A stretch of DNA of 64,000 nucleotides from an uncultured Micavibrio sp. (GTDB lineage Bacteria > Pseudomonadota > Alphaproteobacteria > Micavibrionales > Micavibrionaceae): assembly GCA_964350695.1 (NCBI GenBank), contig CAYGKM010000005.1, positions 54,735 through 118,734 of the forward strand. The letters run 5' to 3'. Positions 27,129 through 36,785 of this stretch are shown here, one piece after another. Made by a program: the position numbers and the translations under genes. Below the pieces are notes generated by a model. That model saw only the letters and a program-made list of their open reading frames with translations. It was not told where the DNA came from and did no database searches. Numbering within the stretch: the stretch's first letter is position 1; the number at the start of each line of letters is the position of its first letter.

Positions 27129-28282
27129 GATTTTTTCCACGTATCGACAAAATGTTTTTGAACAAGGGTTTCATCAAAGCGTGTTTGTTTTAAAATTTCA
27201 ACGATGCGCTTTGCTGTTTTTCCATCGCCATACGGGTTTTGTGTATTGTTTGGGCGCGGGCTTGATAGGGCTTTTTCTATCGCGGCGGTTATCGCGGCTT
27301 CGTTTGGGGCGCAATCAATGACGGAAGACGCTTTGAGGCGGCCTTTTTGGCGGTTGCCAATATTGATGGCGGGCAGGTTAAAGCTCGGCGCTTCGTATAA
27401 TCCTGAAGATGAGTTGCCGAGCATAGCGTCTGCGTGTTTAAGGGCACTGAAATATCTTTTTGTGCCGAGAGATTCATGGAAAACAACGTTTTCATGTTTG
27501 GTTGCGAAGTTTTTAACAAGCGCAGTGATCTGTTGCCCTTCGGGGTCGGCGTTGCTGCCTGTGAAAATAAGCCCTGTATTTTCGAGTTTTGCGAGCGCGC
27601 TGAGCATTTCTTGGCATTGCACCTGCGAGGCGCTTTCGAGCGTTACAGGGTGGAAGGTTACGAGGATGTTTTTGTCGAGAGGGGTAAAATCAATCGACGC
27701 GAAAAATTCGTCCCGCGACATGGTCTCGAGCGTATGAATATGATCCAGCCCGGGACTGCCCACGGTGTGAATATTTTCTGGCTCTTCGCCCATTTGGGCA
27801 AGGCGCAGCGCCGCGTCTTCATTGGTGGCGAAGTGAATATGCGCCATTTTTGTGATGGCGTGGCGGATAGCATCATCCATTGCGCCTTCGGTGACGTCGC
27901 CGCCGCAAATATGGGCGACGGGGATTTTAGTGACCAGGGCGGCTTGGACGCTTGCAAGAATTTCGTAGCGATCACCGAGTATAATCAAACAATCGGGGCG
28001 GCTGGTTTCAAATTCAGAGGCAAAGCCTTCCAATGCTTTACCCATGGCTCGGGTTATATCTGCGGCACTGTCATTTGCGCCGAGGCCCATATTGATGGCG
28101 GCCCCGATATCAAAGCCATCATTTTTGATTGTTTCGAGGGTTGCGCCGTCATTCATCAGATGCTGTCCTGTGGCGACAATTCGAAGTTCAAATGCAGAGT
28201 CGTTCTTTATGGTCGCGCAGACAGGAGATAAAAGCCCCCAATCGGCCCGCCCCCCGCTGACTAATGTGATTTTGATACTCAT
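27125..28282 (-). CDS. legG: Hydrolysing UDP/GDP-N-acetylhexosamine 2-epimerase (NeuC family)
   Basis: KITLVSGGRADWGLLSP, ILGDRYE, HICGGDVTEGAMDD and NSSSGLYEAP are NeuC-type hydrolysing 2-epimerase motifs. Confidence 0.9.
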   Translation of the reverse strand: MSIKITLVSGGRADWGLLSPVCATIKNDSAFELRIVATGQHLMNDGATLETIKNDGFDIGAAINMGLGANDSAADITRAMGKALEGFASEFETSRPDCLIILGDRYEILASVQAALVTKIPVAHICGGDVTEGAMDDAIRHAITKMAHIHFATNEDAALRLAQMGEEPENIHTVGSPGLDHIHTLETMSRDEFFASIDFTPLDKNILVTFHPVTLESASQVQCQEMLSALAKLENTGLIFTGSNADPEGQQITALVKNFATKHENVVFHESLGTKRYFSALKHADAMLGNSSSGLYEAPSFNLPAINIGNRQKGRLKASSVIDCAPNEAAITAAIEKALSSPRPNNTQNPYGDGKTAKRIVEILKQTRFDETLVQKHFVDTWKKS

Positions 28283-29409
28283 AGCGCTTTTCCCAGATGG
28301 CTGCTGGAGGGAAGGTTGATGATTTGCCCGGCAAGTGTTTCTGTTACGCTGAGATCATCTTTGGGGCAGTTTTTGTAAATCTCCAGCATATGCATGGGCG
28401 TCCAGAGCGGACGGCATAGATATTTTGCATCGTTCAATGATTTTAAGAGGGCTTGTATGTCTATGCTCTGCTTGATGCGAATTGCGTTCAGCCAGTAATT
28501 GCTTTTGCCGTATGACGGCTCTTCGATAAACTCTATGTCTTGTAACTCTTTAAAACGCGCCGCGTATTTTTCCGCAAGCACTCTTTTGGATTTCAAAAAA
28601 TCATTGAGTTGCTCGAGCTGCGCACAGCCCAAGGCGGCGTTGATGTTCGGCATGCGATAGTTATAGCCGATTTCATCATGGATATAATTCCAAGGGTGTG
28701 GCTGTTTCGCGGTGGTGGTTAGGTGTTTGGCTTTGGCGGCAAGCCTTGAATCATTGGTGACAATCGCGCCCCCTCCTCCCGTGGTCAGAATTTTATTGCC
28801 GTTAAAGGACACGGAAGACATTAGCGCGGGGGAGGTCGCAGGTTTGCTTTTATAGATGCTGCCCAAGGCTTCGGCGGCGTCGGCGATCAAGGGTATACCG
28901 TATTTATCCGCGATAGTTTGCAGGGCGTCCATATCCGCGGGAAGGCCAAAAATATGAACGGGCATAATGGCTTTGATTTTAGAGGTATCGATTTTTCCGA
29001 GATAGGCATGAAGCTTATCAGGACAAATGGCGAGCGTGTGTTCATTTACATCCACGAAATGTGGGCGCGCGCCGCAATATGACACGGCGTTGGCGGTGGC
29101 AATGAATGTGAGTGAAGGCATGATGACTTCGTCGCCAGCCTCTACGCCGATAAGCTTGAGCATTATATGGAGTGCGGCCGTGCCGTTTACAACAGAGACT
29201 GCGTGTTTCGTGCCGCAAGCGGCGGCTAGTTTTTCTTCGAAGAGGTCAACATATGACCCCGCAGAGGAAACCCAACCCGTATCGATGCATTCTTTCACAT
29301 ACGCCCATTCATTGCCGTTAAAGATCGGTTCATGCAGGCAAATAGGGCTTTCGGGCGCGCCGAGAACGTCCTGTAATGCGCCGATGATGTTGCCGGAGAG
29401 GTCAGACAT
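28279..29409 (-). CDS. legC: DegT/DnrJ/EryC1-family PLP aminotransferase (LegC-like)
   Basis: Fold-type I sugar aminotransferase pattern (SGTAALHIML-like NGTAALHIMLK, VSFNGNKILTTGGGGAI with the catalytic Lys). Lies between legB and legG. Confidence 0.85.
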   Translation of the reverse strand: MSDLSGNIIGALQDVLGAPESPICLHEPIFNGNEWAYVKECIDTGWVSSAGSYVDLFEEKLAAACGTKHAVSVVNGTAALHIMLKLIGVEAGDEVIMPSLTFIATANAVSYCGARPHFVDVNEHTLAICPDKLHAYLGKIDTSKIKAIMPVHIFGLPADMDALQTIADKYGIPLIADAAEALGSIYKSKPATSPALMSSVSFNGNKILTTGGGGAIVTNDSRLAAKAKHLTTTAKQPHPWNYIHDEIGYNYRMPNINAALGCAQLEQLNDFLKSKRVLAEKYAARFKELQDIEFIEEPSYGKSNYWLNAIRIKQSIDIQALLKSLNDAKYLCRPLWTPMHMLEIYKNCPKDDLSVTETLAGQIINLPSSSHLGKAL

Positions 29410-30422
29410 TAAATATTATACCGATCGGTTTTATAGAGTTTGAGGTTTTCAGGGTTTTGAAACCATTCTGCGGCGAGGGTTAGGCCTTTGCGAAGCCCTT
29501 GCTCGCCTGAAAATTCAGGAGACCATTTCAGGATTTCTTGCGCTTTTTGCGTGTCGGCCAGAAGACGGTTCACTTCGCTGTTATCTGGGCGCATGCGCTC
29601 TTCTTTTGTTTCGATTGTGATCTCGGCGCCCATAATATCGGCGATCAATTCCACGAGGTTGCCGATGCTGATTTCATATCCGCTGCCGATATTCACGGTT
29701 TCGCCGATGAGGGCGTCACATTCCATGGCCTGTATGAAGCCTTTGGCGGTGTCTTCAACATAAGAGAAATCGCGGGTTGGGGAAATTGCGCCCAGTTCGA
29801 TGGTCTTTTTGCCTGCGGCGATTTGGCTGATAATTGTGGGGATGACGGCGCGGTTGGATTGGCGCGGACCAAAAGTATTAAACGGACGCAGGATCGAGAC
29901 AGGCGTGTCGAATGATTTTTGGAATGAAAGCGCAATCGCATCGGCGCCTATTTTTGAAGCGCTGTATGGGGATTGCGGCTGAAGGGGGTGTTCTTCGGTT
30001 ATGGGCGCGAAAAGCGCTGTGCCGTAAACTTCCGAAGTGGAGGTGCAGACTACGCGGGAGATGCTCAAATCCTTTGCGGCCTGAACGATATTCAGTGTGC
30101 CTTTGATGTTTGTGTCCACGTAAGTATCGGGAGAATGATAGGAGTATGGAATTGCAATTAAGGATGCGAGGTGTAGAACTTTCTCGCAGCCTTCCATTGC
30201 TGTGCGTACGCCGTGCGCGTCACGGATATCTCCCGCGAAGACATCGAGATTATCCCGGATATCTTTTGGTGCATGGTCCAGCCAGCCCCATGAGTTGAAA
30301 GAGTTATAAAACACGAAGGCGCGCACATCATAGCCCTCGTGGATTAGCATTTCGGTCAGGTGAGAACCGATGAAGCCATCTGCGCCTGTGACTAATATTT
30401 TGCCTGTTTTGTTTTTAGTCAT
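29409..30422 (-). CDS. legB: NAD-dependent nucleotide-sugar 4,6-dehydratase (LegB-like)
   Basis: ILVTGADGFIGSHL Rossmann loop, STSEVYG and YSASKIGAD (YxxxK) of extended SDR dehydratases. It is the first pathway gene of the leg block. Confidence 0.8.
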   Translation of the reverse strand: MTKNKTGKILVTGADGFIGSHLTEMLIHEGYDVRAFVFYNSFNSWGWLDHAPKDIRDNLDVFAGDIRDAHGVRTAMEGCEKVLHLASLIAIPYSYHSPDTYVDTNIKGTLNIVQAAKDLSISRVVCTSTSEVYGTALFAPITEEHPLQPQSPYSASKIGADAIALSFQKSFDTPVSILRPFNTFGPRQSNRAVIPTIISQIAAGKKTIELGAISPTRDFSYVEDTAKGFIQAMECDALIGETVNIGSGYEISIGNLVELIADIMGAEITIETKEERMRPDNSEVNRLLADTQKAQEILKWSPEFSGEQGLRKGLTLAAEWFQNPENLKLYKTDRYNI

Positions 30423-31719
30423 TCTTATCTTCCAAATCCTTAAGAATAGTGTCTCTGTAATGCTGCGCGGTCAGGCCGCTTTCTTCTCCTGCGAAGATAT
30501 GCTCTATGCGCCAAGCTTGCCGCGTTTTTATTTGCTCAGGCGTTAAAGCGGGCATCCCGTTATCGCGCCAGTTTTGTAGAAAATCTTCCAAATCTTTTAC
30601 GCTGTCGAATTTATCACAGGCCGTCCCGTCATCAAAGGATGTCTTGATCTCTTGGCAGTTTTGCAGATATCCGACGCGTTTATCTTTTGTCATGGCGTGA
30701 AAAGCAATGCTGGAGCCTGTAATAAGGATGATATCGGCCCATTCGATCAGGATGGCGGAGGGGATTTCCGGAACGATGGCGCAGGCGTTTGTCTCTTTTG
30801 CGCTCATGAAATTGAATTTCATACCGCGGGTGTGCGGCTTAATTGCGCAGGCAATCCCATCCATTTTGGCCACGGTGCGGATGGTGGATTTCATTTCATC
30901 AAGCTTTATGCCATAGCCAAGCTTTGAAAGCATAAAGACAACGCGGGGGCTGCCTTCGGGCAGTTTCTTGAGGAGCGGGGCTTTATCGAGCACAGGCGGG
31001 ATGAGGATTTTGCTGTGGAGTTTTTCGATCCAGTTTTTGTCCATCCGTAGGTTTCCATGGATTTCCGGCTTCGCATGCGGCGTTGTCTCGTTGACGGCGG
31101 CTTTGTCTAGCGCGCTTGGGACGTAGAAGCGTTTAACACCGAACGGCGGCGGGCTTGTGATGGTGCTTTCCGAGGACGCTTTATTGGGGTTGGCGTCAAA
31201 ATAGGTTGTTTGTCCCGTTTGGATGGCGTGAATATGTGTGTCTTGCGCCGCCAGTTTAGGCAAGATTGTATCAATCATATAGGAGCGACCATTGTGAAGC
31301 GCTGCTTCATCAATGACGATGACATCTGGCGACCAGTCTACTGTGATTGTATCAAGCCAAGGGAGAGGCTTCTTAAGAATTTTAAAAAGTGATTGTAAAA
31401 CAATTATATATGGGAGTTTTATAATGTAACTTATAAGCTTATTTGATTTTAGCCTAAAAAGCGTACGCTCTAATTTATACAGAAGTTTCAGATGTGCGGG
31501 CGTGTCTTTGTGGTTTAAAACGGATTCAAAGGAAACGCCGAACGCGTCTTTCAGATAGGGAGCGCATTCGTGATATTCGGGGTGGCCCATATAACCATCA
31601 CATGGATAGCCAATAACACGGATGTTCCATCCCCCCATTTGCCCGAAGCTATCTATGAGAGACGCCTGAATATCCATATCGTTATAAGCACGATTGAGGA
31701 AAATAATCTCTTTATTCAT
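30415..31719 (-). CDS. Hypothetical protein, distant GT-B-like (function unknown)
   Basis: 434 aa with no confident family by eye. The C-terminal half (AIKPHTRG ... ILITGSSIAFHAMTKDKRVG) parallels the RPHPSD ... HWGSTTGLEAYLVGRPVV pattern of the 475-aa ORF at 15887-17314. An 8-nt overlap with legB makes it an operon member. Confidence 0.3.
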   Translation of the reverse strand: MNKEIIFLNRAYNDMDIQASLIDSFGQMGGWNIRVIGYPCDGYMGHPEYHECAPYLKDAFGVSFESVLNHKDTPAHLKLLYKLERTLFRLKSNKLISYIIKLPYIIVLQSLFKILKKPLPWLDTITVDWSPDVIVIDEAALHNGRSYMIDTILPKLAAQDTHIHAIQTGQTTYFDANPNKASSESTITSPPPFGVKRFYVPSALDKAAVNETTPHAKPEIHGNLRMDKNWIEKLHSKILIPPVLDKAPLLKKLPEGSPRVVFMLSKLGYGIKLDEMKSTIRTVAKMDGIACAIKPHTRGMKFNFMSAKETNACAIVPEIPSAILIEWADIILITGSSIAFHAMTKDKRVGYLQNCQEIKTSFDDGTACDKFDSVKDLEDFLQNWRDNGMPALTPEQIKTRQAWRIEHIFAGEESGLTAQHYRDTILKDLEDKND

Positions 31720-31728
31720 GTGAAAGGC

Positions 31729-32742
31729 CTAGCCTTCGCTTTTTTTACAAACAATCCATACATGGGAGCTGAGTGCGTGTTCTGCGAGGAATTTCTGGAA
31801 CGCTGCGAGAGTTTCTTCACCGCGTGAGAGGAGGAGTTTTTCAAAGCGGCTGAGGTCTGGTGAGATTCCGCGCTCGATTGATTTCTCAACAATTTGAACA
31901 TCTAGGCGGCCGGGGGTGAAGATGTGTACGTCTTCGAAGCCAGCGGTTGAAAACAGATTGGTCATGCCTTTGTGAGACAGGAAGTTGAGGTGATATGGCG
32001 GTTGGAGGCTGCGTGATTTTTCCCAGAGAAGCTGTATATCGAACCCGTCTGCGCCGAGGCAGGACATGATGGCATAGCCGCCGGGTGCGGTGACTGCGTG
32101 GATCGCTTTTGCGAATAGATCAGGGTCTTGTACGTGTTCTATCACCTCGAAGCATGTCACGAGATCACCTTGTGCATCGCCCTTCTCGGCTTCTTCTTCA
32201 ACCGAGCTTTCATAGGTTTCTATCCCGAGATCGCGACATTTGGCGGCGGCGTCTTGGCCTGGCTCAATGCCTACAAGCTGTGCTTCGGGGTGGCGTTTTT
32301 TCCATTCGGTCAGGAACGTGCCGTTTGCCGCGCCGATATCCAGAACGCGTTTGGGCGTAAAGTTGCGTTCATCGATGATCCCTTCGATGCGGGTGATGTT
32401 GGGAAGCATGATGCTTTCTTTGCGCTTCTCCCCTGTCTTTTTCAAAATGGCTTCGCACCAATAGCTTTGTGATTCAGACACGGCGTAATAGCGGATTAGC
32501 TCGCTGAGATCGGGGCGGGGCGATACATAGATGCTGCCGCACTGGGCGCAATTATTATACGTGAAGGTGTGTTTTTCGAAGCTGTCTTGTGTGTCGCCAG
32601 AGTCGCAGCCCGGGCAATTTACCTCCACAAATTTGGATTTATCGAAAAAGTGTTCGGCGTCATGGGCGCTTAAGGCCATGAACTCATTGAAAATATCTTC
32701 CGGGCGGATTTCTTCTTCTTTGATTTTAACAGCATTTGTCAT
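31729..32742 (-). CDS. Class I SAM-dependent methyltransferase with an N-terminal Zn-ribbon
   Basis: Two CxxC pairs (NCPGCDS ... NCAQCGS), then VLDIGAANGTF (motif I) and a DLVTCFEVIEHV block. Confidence 0.75.
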   Translation of the reverse strand: MTNAVKIKEEEIRPEDIFNEFMALSAHDAEHFFDKSKFVEVNCPGCDSGDTQDSFEKHTFTYNNCAQCGSIYVSPRPDLSELIRYYAVSESQSYWCEAILKKTGEKRKESIMLPNITRIEGIIDERNFTPKRVLDIGAANGTFLTEWKKRHPEAQLVGIEPGQDAAAKCRDLGIETYESSVEEEAEKGDAQGDLVTCFEVIEHVQDPDLFAKAIHAVTAPGGYAIMSCLGADGFDIQLLWEKSRSLQPPYHLNFLSHKGMTNLFSTAGFEDVHIFTPGRLDVQIVEKSIERGISPDLSRFEKLLLSRGEETLAAFQKFLAEHALSSHVWIVCKKSEG

Positions 32743-33636
32743 TTATTCAGCCGCCTCTTCTTGCCCGCCGCTGATTTCAGCGATGCAGTCCAATATCCCC
32801 TGCCCCAGCTCTACGTGGTTGTTGCTGACCAGTTTTTTGCCGAGTTTGGGGCTGTAAACATAAGGTGTCATCACATAGTGACCGGCCATTTTTTCATTGC
32901 CGAACTTAACTTCGGGTTTGTTGGGTAGCATCTCGGAAATCATGCGCATGATATCAATGATCTTCATGCGCTCGTTGCCAGTCAGGATCATGTGCGCGTT
33001 CTTATATTGGTCATCAAGGATATCGACAGATAGGCGGGCCGCGTCAGAAATGTGAATATATTCACGCATGGCGTTTTCATCGCCGTTATAAACGATCTCG
33101 CCTTTTTCAATACCAGTTTTAATCAGTTTGAAGATACCATTGGTTGGCCCTGCATTGCGGCCATAAAGCGAGCCATATCTGAGGATTGTGTAGGGCACAT
33201 CAAAAACATCGGCGTAGGTTTCGATCATGTTTTCGCAGGCTTGTTTGCTGACGCGGTAGAATGAGCCGCGATCTGAATACACGTACACCGTGCTGGCGAA
33301 GACGAAGCGTTTGATGCCATGCTCGCGCGCGGCTTCGAGGGCGTTAGTCGTGCCGATGATATTTATATGCGCAACATCAAGAGGCTTTGTGCGCGCTTCT
33401 TCGATATCGGCGATCCCTGCGAGGTGGTAAATGTAATCGCATCCCTTTACGGCATCTTTGACCGCCTCAAGGTCTGTGATGTCGCCGATGACTATTTCTT
33501 GATCTGCACTTAAATGCGGAGACGGTTCTTGATCAAAGAGGCGAACCTTATAGCCTGCTTCGGTAAGGGCTTCGGCTGTATAGCGGCCCAAAAAGCCGCT
33601 GCCACCTGTGAGGAGAACTGTTTCTTGCTTATCCAT
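32743..33636 (-). CDS. NAD-dependent epimerase/dehydratase (extended SDR)
   Basis: VLLTGGSGFLG glycine loop, ASTVYVY and YRVSK (YxxxK). I place the start at the ATG at 33636 (MDKQETV). Confidence 0.8.
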   Translation of the reverse strand: MDKQETVLLTGGSGFLGRYTAEALTEAGYKVRLFDQEPSPHLSADQEIVIGDITDLEAVKDAVKGCDYIYHLAGIADIEEARTKPLDVAHINIIGTTNALEAAREHGIKRFVFASTVYVYSDRGSFYRVSKQACENMIETYADVFDVPYTILRYGSLYGRNAGPTNGIFKLIKTGIEKGEIVYNGDENAMREYIHISDAARLSVDILDDQYKNAHMILTGNERMKIIDIMRMISEMLPNKPEVKFGNEKMAGHYVMTPYVYSPKLGKKLVSNNHVELGQGILDCIAEISGGQEEAAE

Positions 33637-34570
33637 GCGCCGCGTCCTTATGGTTTGGAACAAGAGAAGCCAGCAGGTTTTCTGCGGCTAGGGCTTCTTG
33701 TTCGGCTCTGGCTTCGGCGGCATATGAGCCTACATGCGCGGCCAGAACGATGTTATCTAGCTCTTTGAGCTTGCCAGTATATGGCTCTTCTTCATAGACG
33801 TCCAATGCGGCGGCGGCGAGGTGCCCGCTTTTTAAGGCGTCATAAAGGGCGTCTTCTTCAACGAGGCCGCCTCTTGAGGCGTTGATCAGGATTGCGCCTT
33901 TTTTCATTTGCGCGAGGGTCTTTGCGTTGATGATATGGTGGTTATCATCATTATATGGGATGTGAAGGCTTATGATGTCTGCTGATTCGATGACATCTTT
34001 AAATGTTCCGATGCGGGTTTTATCGCCTGCACTTTCGGGGGCCATGTGGTCGAAGGCTATCACTTCCGCGCCAAAAGCCTTGGCGTAGGCGGCGACTTTT
34101 TTACCGATCCGGCCATAGCCGATCAGGCCAAGTGTACGTGCGCCTAGAAGCCCGCCCATGGGGCGAACCCATTGCCCATTGCGGATGGCGCGGTCTTGGT
34201 TTGGCACACCGCGCAGGCAATCTAGGATGAGGCCGATGGTTAGCTCCGCCACCGCGCGGGTCGGGGCATCGGGGGTGTTCGTGACGACGATTTTGTTTTC
34301 TTCCGCCGCATTCAGATCGACGCTGTCCATGCCGATGCCGCAGCGGGCGATTGCGGAGAGATTTTGCGCGCCTTCGAGCACTGCGCGGGTTAGAGGTTCA
34401 ACCCCTGCGATCAGGCCGATCACGTCGGGCGTAATCAGCTCTTTGGCTTCGTCTTCTGTAAGGCGGCGTTTGTGCGGGTTGAGCATGATTTCAAACCCTG
34501 CGGCTTCCAGTGCGCGGATCGCCGGAATATCGGTGTTGAAGCTCGAAGTGGTGATCAGGATTTTTTTCAC
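33629..34570 (-). CDS. D-isomer-specific 2-hydroxyacid dehydrogenase (phosphoglycerate dehydrogenase-like)
   Basis: GLIGYGRIGKKVA NAD loop, INASRGGLVEE and HVGSYA (catalytic His) motifs. Confidence 0.85.
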   Translation of the reverse strand: MKKILITTSSFNTDIPAIRALEAAGFEIMLNPHKRRLTEDEAKELITPDVIGLIAGVEPLTRAVLEGAQNLSAIARCGIGMDSVDLNAAEENKIVVTNTPDAPTRAVAELTIGLILDCLRGVPNQDRAIRNGQWVRPMGGLLGARTLGLIGYGRIGKKVAAYAKAFGAEVIAFDHMAPESAGDKTRIGTFKDVIESADIISLHIPYNDDNHHIINAKTLAQMKKGAILINASRGGLVEEDALYDALKSGHLAAAALDVYEEEPYTGKLKELDNIVLAAHVGSYAAEARAEQEALAAENLLASLVPNHKDAAHG

Positions 34571-35364
34571 GCGGCTGAAGCCTTTGCTGTTTCAAGATAT
34601 TGGCCAACGAGGGCATCGCTTTCCATCATGCTTTCTGCGTGGGCTCGATCTTCGGGGGTGTCGACGCTGACGGCGATATCATGGGTGAATGCCATTTTGA
34701 CGGGGTGGCCGTTTTCGATGCAGCGGTTGAGGTCAACGGATTCGGCAATTTCAAGCGGACTGGGAGGCGTGGCGTTGAATTTCAGCAAATATTCACGTGT
34801 AAAGGGAATAACGCAGATTTGCTTCAGCCACGGACCTTCGGGTTTGTCGCGTTTTGTTGTGGGAATAGGTTCGCGGGACATGTAAATGGCGCGGCCTTGA
34901 AGGTCTACAACGACTTTGATTTCATTAGGGTCTTCGAAGTTTTCTTTTGTCTCGATTGCACCCATAAGGCAGGCAACGCCTGTGCCGTTGGCTTGATCGT
35001 CTTTGAGGGCTTTCACGGCGGTGTCGATTTGACCGGGCGTTGTGAACGGCTCATCGCCCTGCACCATCACCACCATGTCAATTTGTTTACCTGTCATTTC
35101 TTCGATCTTCAGCATGGCTTCGGCGCAGCGATCAGAACAGCGCTCATGCGTATCAGCGGTCATAACGGCCTTGCCGCCGATGGATTCGATGTAGGTTTTA
35201 ATTTCTTCGTCACATGTCGCGACCCAGCAATCGGAAAGTGTTTCCGCCATTGCGGTGCGAAGGTATACGTGGCCGACCATTGGCACACCTTTTATCGGCG
35301 CGAGCGGTTTGCCCGGATAGCGAGATGAGCCCATGCGGGCGGGGATGATGGCGACGATGTTCAT
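34567..35364 (-). CDS. KdsB-family cytidylyltransferase (CMP-2-keto-3-deoxy-acid synthetase-like)
   Basis: VAIIPARMGSSRYPGKPLAPIKGVPMVGHV and VMVQGDEPF are hallmark CMP-Kdo synthetase family motifs. This is a second cytidylyltransferase in the same operon, distinct from the NeuA type. Confidence 0.85.
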   Translation of the reverse strand: MNIVAIIPARMGSSRYPGKPLAPIKGVPMVGHVYLRTAMAETLSDCWVATCDEEIKTYIESIGGKAVMTADTHERCSDRCAEAMLKIEEMTGKQIDMVVMVQGDEPFTTPGQIDTAVKALKDDQANGTGVACLMGAIETKENFEDPNEIKVVVDLQGRAIYMSREPIPTTKRDKPEGPWLKQICVIPFTREYLLKFNATPPSPLEIAESVDLNRCIENGHPVKMAFTHDIAVSVDTPEDRAHAESMMESDALVGQYLETAKASAA

Positions 35365-35367
35365 GTT

Positions 35368-36132
35368 TTAAGCACCTTTTGCTGCTGTAATGCCTGATCT
35401 ACATACATTATCGAGGATTCTTGTGTCAATGCTGTAGGCGATGAATGTGAAGCCTTGTTTTATGCGTTCTACGAGCTGTTTTTCATCGGCTTCAACAACA
35501 TGAAGCCCCCCTGCTTTGCCGAGTTTTTTGCCGACCTCATAAACCTTGGCCATTGCGGCTTGCACATCGGGGTGATCTGTTTGCCCTGTAAGGCCCATGG
35601 AAGCCGAGAGATCATATGGTCCGAGGAAGTATCCATCCACGCCTTCGACGCTCAGGATCTCTTCGAGGTTATTGACGGCATCAATGTGTTCGATTTGGGC
35701 GATGCAGACGGTGTCCTCCTGCTTTTTATACGCATCAAATGCGCCCGGCGCGCCGTATTGCTGGCCTCGGGCAAGGCCGACACCGCGCGTGCCTTTTGGC
35801 GGATAATAGAGAGCGTTTACGGCAGCCTTCATGTCTTCGGCGGTTCTGACCATCGGCACGATAATGCCTTTCGCACCGCTATCCATGACGCGTTTAATAA
35901 GGTTTTCATCGTTATTGGTGATGCGGACCAAAGCTTCCGAGCCGCCGATTTCGATGGCGCGGATCAGGTTTTCCGCTGTGCGGAGGTCTATGGCGGTGTG
36001 TTCGACGTCTACGCAGACCCAATCAAACCCTGCGCGCGCCATAATTTCAGCCGAGGCTTCATGGCCGATCATAACCCATCCACCAATCGCTAGCTCATTA
36101 TTGGTCAGTTTTTGTTTTAGTGTCTTTATCAT
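35368..36132 (-). CDS. HpcH/HpaI-family class II (pyruvate-specific) aldolase
   Basis: GFDWVCVDVEHTAID, GAKGIIVPMVRTAEDMKAAV, YPPKGTRGVG and VCIAQIEH match the HpcH/HpaI/GarL/YfaU fold motifs. Confidence 0.85.
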   Translation of the reverse strand: MIKTLKQKLTNNELAIGGWVMIGHEASAEIMARAGFDWVCVDVEHTAIDLRTAENLIRAIEIGGSEALVRITNNDENLIKRVMDSGAKGIIVPMVRTAEDMKAAVNALYYPPKGTRGVGLARGQQYGAPGAFDAYKKQEDTVCIAQIEHIDAVNNLEEILSVEGVDGYFLGPYDLSASMGLTGQTDHPDVQAAMAKVYEVGKKLGKAGGLHVVEADEKQLVERIKQGFTFIAYSIDTRILDNVCRSGITAAKGA

Positions 36133-36785
36133 TGCATCCCTTTCAGGCTGTAGATTTTCAGTTTTGGCCCTGCTACGCGGATCAGGTTTGCGAGGGGCGT
36201 ATCAATGTGCTCCCCGTTTAAAATTTCATGTAATAGAGTGGCCTTTTCTCGCGAGTTTATCAAGAGAATGAGAACGCCGGAATTTACGAGGGTTTTAAGT
36301 GTGAGTGATACGCGCTGTGTTGGCTCTAAAGGTGCGACGCCTTGAATGACGGGATCGTCATGGAGCCCTATGGGTTGATTGGGGAAAAGCGATGCTATAT
36401 GTGCGTCTTCGCCCATGCCGATTACGGTTATTGCGTTATGAAACTCTAATTTTTGATAGGCTTCGGGAACCGATTGCTGCTGGTCATTCCACATCGGCAG
36501 ACCTTTGCCGTCAAATATTTCGTGGATTTGGCGGATGTTGCTGTGTTCTGAGTTTGTGGGGACGCAGCGTTCATCGCTTGTGGAGAGCGTTATTTTTGCC
36601 CAAGGTAGGGCCGTTTTAGCCAAGGTGTACATGAGGGGTTTGGGGCTTCTGCCGCCGGGGAGCAGCAGGGTTGCACTGTGATTTAGGGCAATATCATCTC
36701 GGATTTGTTTGATGATACGTTCGCTCAGGGCTTGTGTTTGCTCTTCTAACGTCGCGAATGTGAGTATTTCCGGGGCGAAGCTCAT
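36129..36785 (-). CDS. 6-phosphogluconolactonase-like protein (NagB/Pgl/DevB family)
   Basis: LLLPGGRSP, STSDERCVP...HSN and GMGEDAHIASLFP correspond to the 6PGL motifs GGxSP, DER..v....SN and G.G.DGHtASLFP. Confidence 0.65.
   Translation of the reverse strand: MSFAPEILTFATLEEQTQALSERIIKQIRDDIALNHSATLLLPGGRSPKPLMYTLAKTALPWAKITLSTSDERCVPTNSEHSNIRQIHEIFDGKGLPMWNDQQQSVPEAYQKLEFHNAITVIGMGEDAHIASLFPNQPIGLHDDPVIQGVAPLEPTQRVSLTLKTLVNSGVLILLINSREKATLLHEILNGEHIDTPLANLIRVAGPKLKIYSLKGMQ

Noticed and set aside
27434-28231. Long plus-strand ORFs of 140-265 aa opposite the minus-strand glycan genes. Examples are 27434-28231, 34600-35328, 35455-36093, 25467-25829, 8142-8738 and 5302-5730.
   Set aside because: Each lies fully within a strongly supported gene on the other strand and has no recognisable motif. 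They are expected shadow ORFs arising from codon-position bias.
22584-30422. Interpreting the nonulosonic acid block as a sialic acid (Neu5Ac) or pseudaminic acid pathway
   Set aside because: A NeuC-type hydrolysing 2-epimerase occurs together with a 4,6-dehydratase, a DegT-type aminotransferase, a NeuD/PglD-type acetyltransferase and a CBS-nucleotidyltransferase (PtmE-like), in the ptmE-ptmF-ptmB-ptmA order. This fits legionaminic acid. The Pse pathway lacks NeuC and uses PseG/PseH. The Neu5Ac pathway lacks the dehydratase and aminotransferase steps.
31380-31500. The AT-rich stretch inside ORF 30415-31719 as an insertion-sequence remnant or gene fusion scar
   Set aside because: The reading frame is continuous through it, and it encodes a coherent amphipathic/hydrophobic segment. 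I saw no inverted repeats or transposase fragments.
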